This document shows positions 16,641-49,123 of a DNA stretch of 64,000 nt, in pieces (positions within the stretch are counted from its first letter, which is position 1; every line of letters begins with the position of its first letter). The position numbers and the translations under genes were made by a program. The notes below the pieces were generated by a model that worked only from the letters and a program-made list of their open reading frames with translations, searched no databases and was not told the origin of the DNA. The stretch comes from the human T2T-CHM13v2.0 reference genome, Homo sapiens. The stretch is taken from the NCBI RefSeq assembly GCF_009914755.1, contig NC_060925.1. One strand, given 5' to 3'.

Positions 16641-16848
16641 TATATACTAAAAACTATAGAATTGTGTATTTTAAATAGGTGAATTGTGGTCTGTGAAGTA
16701 TAACTCAATAAATGTGTTACAAGGAAAATCTTGTTTTCAGACTAGGTTTTATCCCAATCTTAAAATCTTTGGTAGTCGTTTTGTGCTAGACCCCTTCCTA
16801 GGCACTTAATGAAGATGTGAAGTCAAAGAGGCACTCTACTAGGCAATT

Positions 16849-16883
<35 letters not shown>

Positions 16884-17876
16884 TGTATTTATTTATTTAT
16901 TTTTTGAGACGGGGTCTCACTCTGTTGCTCAGGCTGGACTGCAGTGGCGCAATCACAGCTCCTGCAGCCTCAACCTCCCAGGCTCAAGCCACATCCTCCC
17001 ACCTCGGACTGCCAAATAGCTGGGACTGCAGAGGCACGCTACTACAGGGGCACACTATTTTTTGTAGAGACAGGGTTTTGCCATGTTGCCCAGGCTGGTC
17101 TAGAACTCCTGAGCTCAAGCAATCCGCCCTCAGTCTCCCAAAGTGATGGGATTACCGGCACTTGGCCTGTTCAGAATTTCTTAAATGAATTAGCACATAT
17201 AAGCTAGAGGAGCCCACCAGCCCAGGCTACCCAAGGAGGAATACCTTGTCATCAGAACTGCCCAAACCAGAAAGATTGGATGACTCAACACAGTGCAGAT
17301 TTGTGAATTCTAACCCAGAAAGATTGCCCCTTCAGGACCTGTATGTGTCCAAGGAAACATTAAGAGTTTAATAGCCTGGGCAACATAGTCAAACTCTGCC
17401 TCCACAAAAATTAGCTGGGTGAGGTGGTGTGCGCCTGTAGTCCCAGCTACACAGGAGGCTGAGGTGTGAGGATCAGTTGGGCTGGGGAGGTTGAAGCTCC
17501 AGTGAGCTATGATTGCACCACTGCAGTCCAGCCTGGGAAACAGAGCAAGACCCTGTCTCAAAAAAAAAAAAAAAAAAAAAAAAAAGAAAAGAAAAAGGTT
17601 TATAGTCATCAATTCTGCTGTCTTTTCATAACCCCTAGTATTCTAGGCAATTTAATAGGGTACGATTATTCAGTAATTGGCCAGCAAATACTTATTAATT
17701 AAGCACCTACTATGTGGCAGGAACTAAGGTTGCAAAATTCAATGTGACATAGTGCCTCGCAGAGCTTTCAGTCTAAGGGAAGACACAGACACATTCCATA
17801 AGCAATTGCAATAGTTTGACAGTAGCTGTCCTAGGGCTGAGGTCAAGATACTGTAGGAGCATAGTGGAGTGCGGGA

Positions 17877-18665
<789 letters not shown>

Positions 18666-18979
18666 GAGGTTGATAGGGGGTGAGGTAAGAAATGTTTCCC
18701 AGTCTTTGAACTGAGACCTGAAGGCTGAGTAGAAGTTAGAGAGAGGAAGTGGAAGAAGAAAGTACTATGATTGGCAGAAAGTCATGTGCAAAGGCCCAGG
18801 GGAAAGAAAGAACAGAGCTTTTATCCCAGGAACTTTAAGTAGTTGAGGATAGTTGAAGAGTTTAAAATTAGATGTGGCAAAAGCTAAGACTCAAGAGATA
18901 AACAGGGGCCTCACAAGTATAGAGGGCTTTTGAAACCTTTCCTGAAATGGGTTTTGATACCTATGGAGGTGCACCACTG

Positions 18980-19022
18980 CTAGTCAGGGTTCTCTAGAGA
19001 GAGAGAACCAACAGGGGATGAT

Positions 19023-19068
<46 letters not shown>

Positions 19069-19070
19069 CA

Positions 19071-19102
<32 letters not shown>

Positions 19103-19620
19103 CAGACAGAGGAGAAGGGATTTATTAGGGAATTGGCTCACATGATTCTGGAAGCTGAGAAGTCCCATGACAGGCCATCTGCAAGCTGGAGACCCTGGGA
19201 TGCTGGTATTGTGGCTCAATCCAAGTCAAAAAGTCTTAGAACCAGGGATGCCAATGGTGTAATTCTCAGCCCAAGCCCCAAAGCCTGAGAACCTGGTGGG
19301 GTGGGTGGTGCTCATGTAAGCCCTAGAGTCTCAAGGCTGGAGAGCCTGGGGTCCTGATATCCAAGGACAGGAGGAGAAGAGTAGGTCCCAGCTCCAGGAG
19401 AGAGAGGAAATCCTTTTCTCTCCTTTTTTTGTTCTATCTTGGCCCCCAGCCAATTGGTTGGTGCCCAGCCACATTGAGGGAAGATCTTCCCCTCTTAGTC
19501 CACTGACTCACACGCCAGTCTGCTCTGGAAACCCAGACAGACACACCCAGAAGGAATGTTTTACCATCTCTGTAGGTGTTCCTTAATCCAATCCAGTTGA
19601 CACCTAACCTTAACCATCAC
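18980..19620 (-). mobile_element. MLT2 (ERVL) LTR
   Basis: TAGTCAGGGTTCTCTAGAG...AATCCAATCCAGTTGACACCTAA..TAACCATCACA. Confidence 0.8.
19023..19100. repeat. Compound microsatellite (TAGA)11(TACA)8
   Basis: Read directly. Confidence 0.95.
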
Positions 19621-20327
19621 AGCCACTGAGATCTCCAGCCTCCAACTGCTGTCCCTAAGCTCTGCCACAGTATTCATATCAACACCATGCTCTCCCCAGG
19701 CTGCTCCTAGCCAATAACTGCGCATGGCAGAGCTGCTCAAACCAGCCCATTCCATGCCTCCTCTAATGGGCTTTCTTGGCTGTGGGGGCTCCTGTGTGGT
19801 CTGGTCAGGATAGGCTGCACGCTTACCTGTAGAGCTGCCTGGAGCCTGATGGTGACCCTTGGCCAACACTATGGAATATATCAAATGATGTTCTGTAACC
19901 ATCGGTCTGTGGATTGTTTGGGGAACAGGACATACCAGCCCATCAGCACTGTTTAATAATTGTTTCTTTGATGGAGCCTGGAGGATTTCAATATTAAGGC
20001 TGGTCATGGAGCTAAAACATGCCTATGTGACCAGTTCACTCCAAGAGATCCCACCATGAGTGAGCTTTGGACTTCCTGGTATGTACACACATGACGGTTC
20101 AAGACCTGAACGTGTAGCACAGGCAGTGGGAGTCAGCAGAGACAGAACAAAGAAGCCTGTGCCTGAGATCTGTAGCCCCTTCTTTGCATAACGTTGCCTG
20201 CTGTTACCATACTGTATCCTTTGCCTGTTAAAAACTGATATGTGAGGGCTGGGCTGGGTGGCTCACGCCTGTAATCCCAGCACTTTGGGAGGCTGAGGAA
20301 GGTGGATCATGTGAAGTCTGGAGTTCA

Positions 20328-20594
<267 letters not shown>

Positions 20595-21132
20595 TCAGCA
20601 AGCAAACATGGAAGGTAATCAGAGCATGATGAACACAGCCTCCCATTGGCCTAGCTGTCTCTCTGCTTTATTCCTCAAAAGCATTTCCCCAAATAAATAA
20701 ATCTATACATCTGATTGTGTCCTAGCCTCTGTTTCTCAGAAAACTTGAACAGGAACAGGGTATCAAGAGTGGCTGGAAAAGCACACAGTTTAGGATTGAC
20801 TAATTTCTCACCTGGCTGGCAAGGAGTATCCCATCCCAAGTGGAATGTGGGGCACGGATAATGCCTGATTCAAGGTGGCCCAAAATATCCGAGTGGAGGG
20901 GAACACCTTTGCTGGTGAGATGATTCAGGCATTGAAAGACAGGGGAAAGACACTGCTTAAAAACACAGTGGAGTTGGCTGGTTATTAGTGCCCCGTATAG
21001 GAATAATGAAAAGCGAGAGTTAAACACATACCAGCTAAGTGGAGAGCCAGAGCCCTCATTGGTAGCTTACAAAGAGGCCATCATTGCCTTTACGAAGAGT
21101 GAACACAGCTGAGGAGCAAACTCAGGTCTTAA

Positions 21133-22230
<1,098 letters not shown>

Positions 22231-22260
22231 GTTAAAGTCATTGAGTTCCAGAGGCATTTA

Positions 22261-27770
<5,510 letters not shown>

Positions 27771-27997
27771 ATGCACGCTTGGGCTCCTGTTTCAGGAGTG
27801 TATCACATATCTTTAAATATTGTTATGCTACTTTACATATCATGTGAGAACCTTTTAATAATGCAACTCCATTTTCCCTTTGGAACCTTTGTGCTATTGT
27901 TTTAAGACATTTCATTTCCATTTCCATTAGAAAGTCCAAACTATATTTTTATATTTGCTTTAAATGGTCAATTATCTTTTTAGAGAAATTCTTTTAA

Positions 27998-29252
<1,255 letters not shown>

Positions 29253-29379
29253 TCACACTCACAGACTCAGGTCGCAACTTTTGACATTTGGATTGACAAA
29301 GGCTTGGCACTTGTTGACATGTCTTTGTTGTGGAGGCCTTTCCTGTGCACCGTAGGATGTTTAACAGCATCCCTGCTGC

Positions 29380-29690
29380 TGTGGTCTGAATGTTTGTGTC
29401 TCTCCCAAATTAATATGTTGAAGTCTAACACTAATAGTATTAGAGGAGGTGGGGCATTTGGGATTGGTGTCCTTATGAAAGAGGCCCCAGAGAGCTGCCC
29501 TGTCCCCTTTCGCCATGTGAGAAAGCAGCGAGGACACATTCTCTAAACCAGGAAGCGGGCTCTCATCAGACACCAAATCTGCCAGTGCCTTGATCTAGGT
29601 CCTCCCAGCCTCCAGAACTGTGAGAAATACATTTCTGTTATTTATAAACCACCCAGTGTTTTGTTATAGCCACACAAATGGACTAAGACA
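29380..29690 (+). mobile_element. MLT1A-like LTR inserted in a MER20-like element
   Basis: TGCTGTGGTCTGAATGTTTGTGTC...GGACTAAGACA. Confidence 0.7.
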
Positions 29691-32279
29691 CCTGGCCTCT
29701 ACCTTCTAGACAATGGTAGCATCTTCCCAGTCATGACAATATAAATTGTCTCCAGATACAGCAAAATATCCTCTGGGGAGTAAACTTACCCCTGGTTGAG
29801 AACTGCTGTTCTAGGTCTATTTCAGTTCTACTCCTAAGGTGTAACCCTTCACGGATCTTTACCACATATCCTCAGTGTTTAATCAGGTCTCTTCACTCAG
29901 AGTTGGAACTCAAACATACCCCAGTAGTGTGTGGGCTCTGGGAACTGTCCAACTTACATTTCCCCATAGTGATTTTTTGCTTGGCTTTATGGAGTTTCCT
30001 GTTAGAGATACAGCTTAATATTTAGCACAAGACTCCAGAACACTGTTATGCAGATTTCCTGGGCTCTTTTTTGGACTCTTTTCTCTGTGTTACTTTGCCT
30101 TGCAAATTCCAGCCACCTTAGCCTCCTGAAACCAATCTCTGTCCTTCAACTTGGTGAAACGACTATATTCTGTTTAGGTTCCCTCTTCTTGCACCACAGC
30201 AGTCTGGGAAGTATCTCCAGGCAGACAGCCTAGGTCATTTTTGGACTCATTCCATTTATTTTCCTTCTCACAGTCTTGAATTGCCTATAGTACATGTATG
30301 CACATTTATAGTACGTGTATGAACATTTGTTTCATATACTTTGCCCAGTTTCCTTATAGCAGGAGGGCATGTTTGGTACTTGTTACTCTGTCAGGGCTGG
30401 AAACAGAAGTCTCCCTCAATAATTACATTTTTAAACATTTCATCTACTAACATGCCCTGTTGATGTTGGTCTTCCTTCCTGTCACTCTTTACTACTTATC
30501 TTTTCTAAACACATAATTACTGAGTAGGCCAAGAAAGACATTTCGAGTAAATGCTACTTTGTTTTCTTTGAGATTACCTTTTCTAAAATGCGTCAGATCT
30601 CTATTTTGCTTTTGGGCAATCACATTCATCCTTGGGTAAATACTGACCATATCCATTATTCGCTGTACCCAAGGCGGATACACTTGCATTTCAAATTAGA
30701 GGTAAGCAGAATGGTCCTCTGTTCATTGATATAGGAAAATGATGGGCCAGGAAAATAATTAGCCAGGTGTGATGGCTCCCACCTGTAATCCCAGCACTTT
30801 AGGAGGCTGAGGCAAGAGGATCACTCGCATCCAGAAGTTTGAGACCAGCCTGGGCAACAAAGTGAGACTTTGTCTCTACAAAAATTAGCCAGGGATGGTG
30901 TTTGTACCTGTAGTCCCAGCTACTTGGGATGCTGAACTGGGAAGATCAGTTGAGCGCAGGAGGTGGGGGCTGCGTTGAGCCATGATCATGCCACTGCACT
31001 CCAGGCTGGGTGACAGCGAGAGCCTGTCTCAAAAAAATAAAATAAAATAAAATACAAATAAATAAAATAAAATAAAATAAAATAAAATAAAAGACAGACT
31101 TAAGATTGAGATAGACCCCTATCCCCTTCCACCGTTTGAGGACATAACAAGAAGGTGGCATCTATGAACCAGGAGACAGGCCCTCACTAGATACCGAACC
31201 CGCTGCATCTTCATCTTGGTCTTCCCAGCTCCAGAACTGTGAGAAATAAAGGTCTGTTGTTTATCAGCTACCAAGTCCACGGTATTCTGTTTGTTATAGC
31301 AGTCCAGACGGATGAAGACGATAATCATAGTAGTTAACATTTACAGACTACCCACCACACACCAGTCACTAGTTAACACTTTACCTACACGTTTCTCAGT
31401 TATCCTCACAACCTTTTGAGAGGGCCAGCCTTATTATCTCCATTTTACAAATGTACCAAGAGTTGAAGCAACTTTCCAGGGTCACACGGCCAGGAAGCAG
31501 CAGTCAGGTGGCTCATGTTCCTCACCACGTCATGGCTGTGACAGCTCCACTGTCTCTACAACATGGGCACTAAGCTTTACAAAGGCTCCCTCTTTCAGCG
31601 AAGCTTCTACATGGTGCCCGTTTATTAATTTAAAAATGTAAAAGTCCCTAACATTGAAATGAGTGATATAAGAATTGTATTAGTCACTCTCGAGCTTTTT
31701 CATACATTTTTCTGTTTGAATGGAATAATTTGCATTTTTTGAAATGGAAAACAATTAGTCACACATCAAATTCTACTGCATCACTAATACACTGTCTCAC
31801 GAGCATACTACTAGGAATTATTTGGCCTGCCACGTCTGCCAGGGATCTACAATTAAGAATTCACCCACCATGTTGTCTTTAAGTCTCATTGCATTTCCTA
31901 TGCCCAGATAAATCCTCTGTCCCTAGTTGATTCAAGAAATATTTATTGCATGCATCTTGCATGCAGGATAAGTACTCTCCAGTTGTTGTTTTTTTTTTTT
32001 TTTTTCTGTTTTGAAAGCAAATCTTGTACTTTGGTTGCAAGCGTTCTTAAATTTATTGTGTCACCTGCATGAGCAAGTGTATTTAGTATTTAGTAAATAC
32101 AGACTAGGTATTTAGTAACTATCTGTGCATTCACTGACTCCCACCCCTAGTCCTGGAACTTGTTCTTTCTCCTACTACCTTAGTTGTTTAATTCTAATCC
32201 TTCCCCTGGGCCTCTGTGTTGAGGAAACCATATTACATCTCCATTAACCATCAGTGTCCTTAAGTTCTCAGTTATTTAG

Positions 32280-34052
<1,773 letters not shown>

Positions 34053-34224
34053 ACATGCACTTTTTTAACTAATGCACTAGTAAGGGCGATGGGACAACCA
34101 TGATTGATTTAGACCAGAGGGGTCAAGTTAGCAACCAAGTGCCGGGGGTATGTGGAATCACCTGGGTAGCTTTAAAAACCACTGATGCCTGAGTGTCCAT
34201 GCCCTCATCATCCATTTTCATTGG

Positions 34225-37121
<2,897 letters not shown>

Positions 37122-37146
37122 ATTGGTTTGGGATGTGCCTGGATGC

Positions 37147-37177
37147 GGGGGGGGGGGGGGGGGGGGGGGGGAGGGGG
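37147..37177 (+). repeat. Poly-G tract (G25-A-G5)
   Basis: Read directly. Confidence 0.9.
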
Positions 37178-37859
37178 ATTAAAAATCTCCCCAGGTGATT
37201 CTAATGTATAGCCAAGAGTTGAGAGGGGTGAGGAGTAAATATCAGGAAAGAAATGGGACCAGGAAGGAGAGAAATGATTGTTGGGACAGATGAAAAATAG
37301 TGTCTGCTTCTCTCATGCATCTTTATCAAAAGTAAAGTATGCTTCATACATTTTTTCATTGATTCCTTTCCTCTTTCAGTATTTTTTGGGCTTCTACAAT
37401 GTTCGGGAGATGAGAAATCAAAGGACACTGTTAGGAAATTAGAAGAAGTTATATAGGTCAAATAAAATAGAAAAAGTATACTGCCCCCAGGCAAACACAA
37501 CCCCAAGGCAAGGGACTCGACTAGGGAAGAAAAGGCTGGATTTCAGCCCTCATTCCCTCCTTTGACTAGGCATCCTCATGCAGTGTGCAAACTCAGCTGT
37601 GCAAGGAAGCCAAAAGCATCCAAAGATAAACAAGACACAGGCCCTGCTTGTCAAGACCTCATCATCTGAACCGGGGAAACAACAGGTAAACATACCAACT
37701 GCTTTTGATAGTTTAAGATCCATCCTAGGGGTAGCCATAGAAAGTAGAAGGCATCTGAAAGTTATATTGTTAGATTACATCTTGTGGTTTTTCAGGAGAC
37801 AAATGCTTTTAATTTTTTTAGCCAATTTTCTAACAGAAGAGTGATTATATACGCATATA

Positions 37860-41933
<4,074 letters not shown>

Positions 41934-41977
<44 letters not shown>
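41934..41977. repeat. (TA)n microsatellite at an Alu tail
   Basis: Read directly. Confidence 0.9.
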
Positions 41978-41981
<4 letters not shown>

Positions 41982-43619
41982 ACGAGGAAGCCTTTTATGA
42001 TGAGTTTATTAGAAGCAAGTTACTGAGTACAGTCTTCACTGAAGGGACAGGACCTGGCTTCCACCAGTTTTTTTGTTTTTGTTTTGTTTTTCAACCTCTC
42101 TCCCTTGGCTTCCACCATTTGAAGAGGGAATCATCAAAGAATTTATGGACATTTGAAAACCAGCAACCCTATCCACAACACAATTCTACACATTAAGTTC
42201 AGTGTCACAGATTCCAGAGCCTGCCCATGGAATCCCTAAATTAAATAACTCAAGGTTCCTTCCAGCTCCAACAGATAAAATCTAATAACTTCTGATCAAG
42301 ACATCTTCAAGGACAGGTAAAAACTAACAAAGCAGCAAAAACCTCAGGATTCTATCCCCAGCCCCTGTGTTCACATTATACCCTTCCTTTCCTCCTCCTC
42401 CTGGCTCTCCATCCAAGGTCCTTGCAACTTACTGTGTCACTGTATTTCAATCCAAAGCAGGACTGAGGGGCTGACGTTTACGCATGAACCTTGAGACTCC
42501 AAGAGAAAGATTAGCTGAGGTTTCAAGACCCCCCCGCCCACTCCCACCTTTTAGACTTAATGCAAGTAGGACTGACAATGTTGCAAGTAAAGGTAGTTCT
42601 TATTGTCTGGTTAGAGGAAATGAGGTACAGCCAGGTTCAGCAATGGACCCATTCATGGATGTCATGGGCTGATTCCCTGAGGCTTTATTTAATTTCAGTC
42701 CATTCATTTAGTTGCTTTCCATTAATCATGAGTAATATCCCCCAGGAATGGTGGTCCTAAGACGGTTCTTGGAAAAAGAAAGCAAAGTCCATTTGATTTT
42801 TTAACTTAGTTCTCAAGATTTTCTAGAGAATCATTTCTTGGTAGTGATTTTCTGTTTTCAGAATGGAGAAGGAGATGCTTACAGGCTTCTGGGTGTAAAA
42901 TGGCTTCCTCAATCCAGCGCTTTGATGGATCAAAGGGAGACAGTAATAGACTATTCCGTGACCCGCCCTTGAAGCGTCAGGCGAGCTCAGCTGAGCACTT
43001 GGGGAAAAGTACTGATGGAGCAGAGGGTTTTTAAAAACAGGGCCCAGGTGTTTTTCCTGGCCTGGAAATGCTGCCAGTTTTACTTCTTGCCACCCCTTTG
43101 ATCACCTTTGGAACAAGCAGGGGCTGTGAAGAGAACAGTCAGGCTCAGGCACCACCATCCCTTGCCTTAGAAGTCTGGGTGTTACTGGGAGGTGCTGACC
43201 AAATGGCGTCTGTGTGTTGGGGTGGTGGGGGGGCCTCCCTTCCTGGGGCCTCTCAGGATGGGAGAGGACAGTGCTTTGTGGCGTGAAGGCACTGCGGAAG
43301 AGGAACAACGAGCCTACTCCTTGGGAAGCAGATACGACCTGTGGGTCTGTCACACATGGGCAACGAAACCTCTGTGTGTCCTCGCCCCTGGGGCTCACCT
43401 GCTGCAGGCCCCATTCATCACCCGAGAGTGAAAGAAAGGACAGAGCACAGCATGGCCAGGTGGGTTCATTGTACAAACAGGACCCAAAACGGAGAGGTCC
43501 CGGGGTTTATTTATCAGTCAGGGTCTCGCTCTGTCACCCAGGCAGTGGTGCAAACACTGCTCACTGGAGACTTGACCTCCTGGGCTCAAGCAGTTCTCCT
43601 GCCTCAGCCCCCTAAGTAG

Positions 43620-43876
<257 letters not shown>

Positions 43877-45427
43877 TGAACTCCTGAGCTCAAGTGATCC
43901 ACCTGCCTCGGGCTCCCAAAGTGCTAGGATTACAGAAGTGAGTCTCCGCGCCCGGCCTCCGGCTAATTTTTAAAATGTTTTTATTTTTTGTAGAGACAAG
44001 GTCTTGCTGTGTTACCCAGGCTGGTCTCAAATTCTTGGCCTCGAGCCATCTTCCTGCCTCAGCCTCCCAGTGTTGAGATTAAGCATGAGCCACTGCACCT
44101 GGCGAGATCCTGGGTTCTAAGGAAGACTTCTTGGGGTTCACTGAGGGTGTGGGGTTGTGCTGGGAACTCCACCCTGAACTTTGCACTCCTTAGGCCCATC
44201 CTGCCTCCTTCTCTCCTCTGCCGGAGGCCCTGACCCAGGCCTCCACCCACGCTTCGCCTCCAGGGCTGCAGCATGGGGCCCAGACTCCCCTGTTTCCCCT
44301 TCTCGTGGCTATTAAAGGCAAATAAACAGACCCTTTTACAACTCTAGAGGTTTCCTGCCTGTTGTTACGGGGAGCAGGCAGCTGTTAGCAATCAGCAAAT
44401 GTGGGCAAGTTCCTGAGGTGCCAGAACTGTACAGCGTTCTTATGGGGAGCCCTGCTCCGCAGGCCGCTGCTCCCTTATCTTCAGTCAGCCGGCAGGTTTC
44501 CTGATTTCCTTATCTCAGAGCCTACCTTTGGCCAAGGGGACCTTCTCCTCCACAAAACCCAACGTCCCAGTCAGAAATGACAATAAGCCCTTTGGAAGTG
44601 ATTCAAGCAGAAAAATAAGTGCCGCTTTGTTTCTCTCCAGCGGGTAATTATGTTCCGCCAGGGGATGAGGCCTGAAGAAAGTTTCCTTAGAAACCGAGGC
44701 CAGCAGCAGTCTTTCAGGTGTGCGTTCTGGGAGTAAAGGCCAGGAGCTTCTTGGAGGTAACCGGCACTGGCAACGAGCTTGGCAACCTCGATATGGCCAG
44801 TGCTATGGAGCCGGAGGAACCAGGAGAAGCTTGCTGTGGAGAGGAGGCACCAGCAGAAGCCACCCCTGGTGCCCACGTCCCCAGCCACAGTGCCTTCCAT
44901 CCAGGGCTGAGGGCACCACAGTTAACAACGGGAAAGTGAAGGGACTTGGGGAACCCAAGCCCAGTGCTTATGTGTGCTAAACAGTAGGGATAATGAGAGT
45001 GTGACAGGAAAATAGAGACTTCCCAATCCTATTTAAAAGGTTGATGGTTTTTATTATCTGATTTTACAGGCTTATTGTGAAAAAATGTGAAAAACCCCAA
45101 AGATTAAAATTACTCTTATGTTTACCACATACAGACTACTACTTTTCCATTTTGGGGTTTTCTTCTCAATCCTTTTTTCTAAAATGCATATATATATATA
45201 TATTTTTTTTTCTCACAAAATTGCATCATGCATCAGGCAATGATGTGCCTCGCCAATTTTTGTATCTTTTTAGTGGAGATGGGGTTTCACCATGTTGGCC
45301 AGGCTGGTCTTGAACTCCTGCTGGGATTACAGGAGTGAGCCACAGCACCTGGCCTAATTTCCAAATTTTATCAAATTAATGTATGTACATATAGTGTGAT
45401 AAGCAAGTGCAGTAGTTGAAAGGTTTA

Positions 45428-45640
<213 letters not shown>

Positions 45641-46714
45641 TCAACCTGGGAGGCGGATGTTGCAGTGAGCCAAGATTGTGCTACTGCACTCCAGCCTGGG
45701 CAACGGGACGAGACTCTTCTCAAAAAAAAATAAAATAGAATGAGGGCTGGGCGTGGTGGCTCATAGCACTTCGGAAGGCTGAGGTGGGAGGATCCCTTGA
45801 GTCCAGGAGAGAACAGTGTGGGCAAAATAGTGAGACCCCCCCCCCACCCCCGTCCCCTGCATGCTGCACACATGGTCAAGGCTCTTGGATGGAGAAGGCC
45901 CCCAGCTGGGCTGACTCAAGTAAAGAGGAAACTTTATGAGAAAGTGACGAAGACTCTGGGTATCCAAAAGAAAGAAGCAGAGGATCAGGTCTGTGGGAAA
46001 CAGGAAGTGGAAGCAGAAAGTCCCATCTTCTCTCCCCTGAGGTGGGAGGGGCATGGCCTCTGGAGAGCTGCTGGGCTCCCTCTTCCCTTTGATGACTTCT
46101 ACCAACTCACTATGCAGAGTCTAACTTGGTCCACCTATGACATCTTAGCTCTAATTTTTTTTACCACTGAGGGGCAGGAGTTGATGTTGTTTTTTGAATG
46201 GCATTTAAAATCAACTTTTATTTATTAAGGTGTGATTTATCTTCAGTAAACTATCTAAAGTGTGCGACTAAATGGATTTGACATCATAATCGACACGCAC
46301 ATTTCCATCACCCCCGAAAAGAGTCCCTGGAGGTGCAACAATTTTTTCTTTGTACAAATTGCTAAGCGTATTGACTGCTGGCTTTGGGTTATGTGAAGGG
46401 AGTTGTCACTTGGTCCACTCAATAAGCAGGATTTGTGTAGAGGCCAGGCAAGGAAAGGCCCATCTAAATAGTCATCTACTGTATGACCTTGGGCAGGTTA
46501 GTCCCGCTGTGCCTCAGGTTCCCATATGTAGACTCAATCATAATATCCCTCATGGGGTTGGTGTGAGGATCAAATTTAAAAATGTGCAACAGAATGTTAA
46601 AATCAAAGTTGTGGCCAGGCACAGTGGCTATGTCTGTAATCCCAGAACTTTGGGAGGCTGAGGAGGAGGATTGCTTGAACCCAGGAGTTCAAAACCAGCC
46701 AGTCAACATAGTCA

Positions 46715-47044
<330 letters not shown>

Positions 47045-48955
47045 CTAAGAAGGCTGTCCTAGGCCAAGAGCCCATGCTCCCCCCACTAAGCAGAAGGGAG
47101 TGATTGTCTCCTTGGAGTTTATTGGTAACTCCTCAGCGGCAGGTGTGGTGGTCCAGGGTCAGTCCCGTCCTCTGGGAGACACAGGACTAACTGCTTTTTG
47201 GGGAGCAACTGGAGAGCTGTGTGGGGACTGGCCAAGCTCCTGGAGATGGTCAGGGCCAGGGATGTGTGAGTGAGTCCTGTGGACCAGGTGTGGGTGTCCA
47301 GTGGGAGAGAGCAGGGTCTTGTCCAGTGGAGAACCCAGCAGCAGGGAGCTGGAGTAAGTGCCTAATCACTAAGAACTGCACAGGGGGCTACTGCAACAGG
47401 CACCTGCCTGGTTTAAGGGAGTGCCCTCTGAGAGACCCAGCAGGGACCCCCTGAAAAGCTGATGAACGTACCCTAAGGAAGAGCCAGTGACACATGCCTG
47501 CCAGAGCTGGATTAACCGGGTACCAGTGCAGGGAAGTCCTTTCCTATCCCCCAGTGGCTCCCTCCCTTCACCTTCCCTGAAACTGCCTAGAAAGTAGGAC
47601 AAGAAGAGGAGAGGCTGAGAAATGGAGGAGAAAGCAACTTTTTTCTTTCCTACCGCAGGCCTCCAGCCCAGGGAGAGAGAAACGTTAATGCTAAATCAAG
47701 TTCAGAGATTTGACTGTTACCGTGGACTAGACATCCCAATTACTGAGCTGGAAGTGTCTGAATCTGAGAGTCACCAGGGGAAACTGTCTTTTACAGAAGG
47801 GAAGGCCTGCAGAATTTCCTTCCAGTGGCAGGGGAAGGCGTCTCCTCTGAACAATTTTAAAGGGCCAGTGGGAGAAAAATAAATGGTTTGTTCACACGTG
47901 TTTGTTCAACATAAGGTAGTTAAGACGTGTTTTGTTGAGTGTCCGTTAGTTTATCAGAGGTGTCCTGCATTTCATCAGTGCTGTCACAAGCCAGGGCCTG
48001 CCTGGAGATGATCCCTGCCCCGGGGACCAATGCGGGAGATGCCCAAGACGACCACACTGCAGTTCACTGGGCTTGTTCTTAGGGAGTTGCTAACCCTGCC
48101 CCGGAGATCTCAGAGGTCCTCACAGGCCCTCGGGCTGGTCCTGGTGTCCTGGGCACCACTGTGGTTGCCCATCCTAAGAGGGAATGGAACTGCCACCAGT
48201 ATAACTGGAATCCAGTAACTGCTCAGGCAAAAGACTGTAGCCCCAGTCAAGGAAAGCAGGACCATCCCCTGGGCAGAAACATGAGTTCACAGCAAAAAGA
48301 CAAGCTAGGGAGGAAAAGACGTTTGGTTGACAATGACCTCCGCAGTGTCATCAAAGCCTGGCTGAGCCTGTGAGATTAGCACTAAGTACCGCCACTTAAA
48401 CTATTCTGGGCAACTGTTTCTATTTCTGTGATGGTTTACATCTTTTTTTCACAAAATCAAAGAACGTTAAGCAGCTGAGGGAACCTTAGTGATGATCTGC
48501 ACCTGAAGTTCTAAAGACCTTGAGCTCAAGCGCCGCTGAGAATCTGATGGGCTTATGGACCCACTACCCACAAAAGTGCCCGTGTCTCAGCTTCTGTGCA
48601 CAATTTCTAGGGCATGACACGCTCTCAGGCCACATTCTTCACTCCCTTTGTCCTTGCTGACATCCTGCACCGTGCCTGATACTCTAACTCCAGCCTTCCT
48701 GCAGCTGTGGGGCACAGGCATGTGCCCCAACCCCTAGGCAATGAGATGAGAAGACAGGACTATTGGGAACAATGGAGAAAAGTTTTTCTCTCTGGTAAAA
48801 GATGAGGGGGTAACTCTCCTTTCCTGCCTCTGGATGGTGGTGCTAGGTGTCCAACTGCCATCTGGCAACCATGAAAAGCCAAGAGAAACAGAGAAGCAGA
48901 ATTAACCAACGCTGCAAACATCAATTTTTAAAAATTTTTATTAAAAAAAAATTGA

Positions 48956-49123
<168 letters not shown>

